A DNA stretch of 59,369 bases, the filler included, from Dugesia japonica (taxonomy: Eukaryota), in the NCBI GenBank assembly GCA_001938525.1. It is 4 parts of 4 records of this genome, joined end to end, with 100 filler letters (N's around TTAATTAATTAA, not from the genome) between each part and the next. Parts side by side here need not be neighbours in the genome. Positions count along the whole stretch, not along the records: positions 47,289 to 59,369 come from MQRL01548509.1; 3 more parts are not named here. One strand, 5' to 3'. The notes beneath the pieces were generated by a model. That model did not search any database, had not been told where the DNA came from, and saw only the letters and a list, made by a program, of their open reading frames with translations. The first letter of the stretch is position 1, and the number at the start of each line of letters is the position of its first letter. This document shows positions 57,133 through 59,369 of the stretch, piece after piece. The position numbers and the translations under genes were made by a program.

Positions 57133-58758
57133 ATGAATTTAGAAAAAAATTGTGAAGAAGAACTTTGTTTGATTTGTTATACGAATTTTAGTAATGAAAC
57201 ATCAATCAAATTAGGAAATTGCCACCATTTTTATTGTGAGCAGTGCGCCAATGAAATTGTATTTAATAAAACAATGAAATGTCCAATCGACAGAAAGATT
57301 TGCGGATATTTAACAATTTTCCAAAAAAATCAAACAGAAATAAGACAATCAGTTCTTCGTTATCAGCTAAATACAATTAAAACTAATCCAGAATTTATTA
57401 TTGAAGACATTGAATACAATTTATCAGCATTTTTTTCTAAATTAGTTGAAAGAATTTTGAAAATTACTTATTTTTTAAATAATATGAAAGAAATAAGTAA
57501 TAATACGTCATCATTTACTTATAATGTCGACGAAATTAATATATGTTTGAAAGAATTACAAATACTAGTAGAGACGTCTGAAAAGCATGTTGTTTCTGAA
57601 CAACTTTTCTTGAATTACAATTTTATTGAACTTAATGAAATTCCGACCAATGAAATTCNNNNNAATGAAATTCAACTCAATGATTTATGTTATAGACTTT
57701 GTTTTACTAAAGATTTATTTTATAATTTCAATTATTTTTCAAAGATAATCGTTTCTGCAGTCTTAAAATTGATAATTAAACAATCATATTCACATAATAG
57801 AAAGAAAATATTTTCTTTAATAACAGAAAATATCGATTTGATTTGTGAAGTTAAAAAAGCAATCAAAACCACAATTATTACTCTAATGCGATTTAATAAA
57901 AATTTTTATGAACAAATCGAACCGGAATTTCATTCGTTAAATGAAGATGTATGTTTAATATGTACAAATTTTATTGTTGGAAATTCGTATGCAATATTTT
58001 CCAATTGTAACCATAAAATTTGTTCTAATTGTGTGAAGATGTATTGCATAATTAAAGGTAATTGTCCATTCCATAACGCTGAATTGACAACTTTACGTTT
58101 TAATCAAAATTCTCATTTGACAAAGTACAAATTTCAAACAACAATAGATTATTTAAAATATTCTGATCACAATATTTTTCTTCGTGCAATGGGAAAATGT
58201 ATAAAAATATCAAAATTATTCATTCGAGAATTAATGAGAATACCTCATTTAAAAGATTTGATGAAAATGATAGAACAATTGAGAAAATTATGTAAATTAA
58301 ATTATAATAATGAAAAAGATATGGAAATATTGAAATTATGTCTTGTTTTCCGACCATTAATTTACAAAAGTTATCAATTAGAATTATTTGAAACATATCT
58401 GGATTATTATACACAAGCAAGAATTTCAATAAGTTTCTATTCTAAGTTTCTGATATATCAAAGAAATATTGACAATAATTCTGATGAAATTTTAAATGTA
58501 AATTTCAAATGTATTTATAAAACTTATTTATTGAATTTAATGGAAAGTTTGCATGTGATCTATAAAAACCTTACAATTCTTTCATCTCTTGAAAACTTAA
58601 GGGATTTTATAGCCCATAATGAAATTCAAGCGGCGAAGATATTTAAGCATTATGTAACATCAAAGCAATGTTTGGCCAAATTATTTCAACATTCTGGATC
58701 GGTGATAGAATTAATCTGGCCTCTAGAATTTACATCGTATATGGAAATGATGAATTGA
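57133..58758 (+). CDS. Intronless double-RING finger protein, putative E3 ligase, 541 aa
   Basis: RING1 CLIC..CHHFYCEQC..CPID and RING2 CLIC..CNHKICSNC..CPFH, each followed by a ~200-aa helical-looking region; 1.6-kb open frame in very AT-rich DNA. Confidence 0.85.
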   Translation: MNLEKNCEEELCLICYTNFSNETSIKLGNCHHFYCEQCANEIVFNKTMKCPIDRKICGYLTIFQKNQTEIRQSVLRYQLNTIKTNPEFIIEDIEYNLSAFFSKLVERILKITYFLNNMKEISNNTSSFTYNVDEINICLKELQILVETSEKHVVSEQLFLNYNFIELNEIPTNEIXXNEIQLNDLCYRLCFTKDLFYNFNYFSKIIVSAVLKLIIKQSYSHNRKKIFSLITENIDLICEVKKAIKTTIITLMRFNKNFYEQIEPEFHSLNEDVCLICTNFIVGNSYAIFSNCNHKICSNCVKMYCIIKGNCPFHNAELTTLRFNQNSHLTKYKFQTTIDYLKYSDHNIFLRAMGKCIKISKLFIRELMRIPHLKDLMKMIEQLRKLCKLNYNNEKDMEILKLCLVFRPLIYKSYQLELFETYLDYYTQARISISFYSKFLIYQRNIDNNSDEILNVNFKCIYKTYLLNLMESLHVIYKNLTILSSLENLRDFIAHNEIQAAKIFKHYVTSKQCLAKLFQHSGSVIELIWPLEFTSYMEMMN

Positions 58759-59369
58759 AAATTACTACATTGATTCAAATGATGAAAGTTTCATTTAATA
58801 AACTGTGGAAAATTTTCTATCTGCTGTTTTTAGACAAATTGATACTCACAGCTGCATAACTGTAGCTTCATATTGTTTCTTATTATTTTAATTTGAATAT
58901 TTCTTATTTTTTCTTACATCTTGTCAATATCAGTGAAATTATTGATTCATATACATCTACAAAATACTTTCCCTATAAAAAATTTTTTAAAAAGTTTTAT
59001 TGATTAAATTGCATCTTTTATCATTATTTTTAATACATGAAAGATTTTAAAAAGATTAAAAGAAAAATTACTTCAACCAGTAAAAAATTTTCTTTAATAT
59101 CGTAAAAGTGGATTAGTTAAAGTCTCATGTTTCATTGATTTAAATTATTTTATGCCAAACTGTATCGAAAACGTATGAATAAATAATATCATTAATTTTA
59201 AATCTTGCACTGGTTTTTGATTATTACAAATTACTTTTAGAATTGTGGGATATTACTAAGAATTGTATAATCTTTCTATGTTAACCTCTAAAACAGTAAA
59301 TTGACGTATGTATTTGATAACAGTCGAATGCGTAATTGAATGTATGGTTATTTGATGTGATCAATTATT

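Overview
AT-rich animal genomic DNA, most likely a free-living flatworm (planarian). This is an inference from a metazoan-type RPB1, a flatworm-style C-type lectin plus PAN/Apple gene, 47-70 nt introns and abundant (TAA)n. The window is not one locus. Three identical 100-bp artificial spacers (N44-TTAATTAATTAA-N44 at 25017-25116, 38442-38541 and 47189-47288) join four scaffolds. Host genes are: (i) a full-length RNA polymerase II largest subunit (30327-36122, one 5' intron, YSPTSPx CTD) with an intact catalytic core but many substitutions at normally yeast-to-human invariant residues, followed by decayed fragments of a second copy; (ii) a C-type lectin plus PAN/Apple pseudogene; (iii) an intronless double-RING protein. 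The rest is mobile DNA. It includes long TG..CA solo-LTR-like elements next to TAA-rich sites, one with a 4-bp TSD proven by an empty-site copy and carrying a basic/leucine-zipper/acidic ORF. It also includes Ty3/gypsy gag and pol remnants with a tRNA-Leu PBS, two mariner fragments, a Penelope GIY-YIG fragment, several MITEs, a Polinton/Maverick minor-capsid pseudogene, and a ~5-kb inverted-repeat element filled with 21/31-bp periodic minisatellites. The best candidates for new biology are a possible variant (second) Pol II and small LTR-borne zipper proteins. All alignments and translations were done by eye; none were computed.
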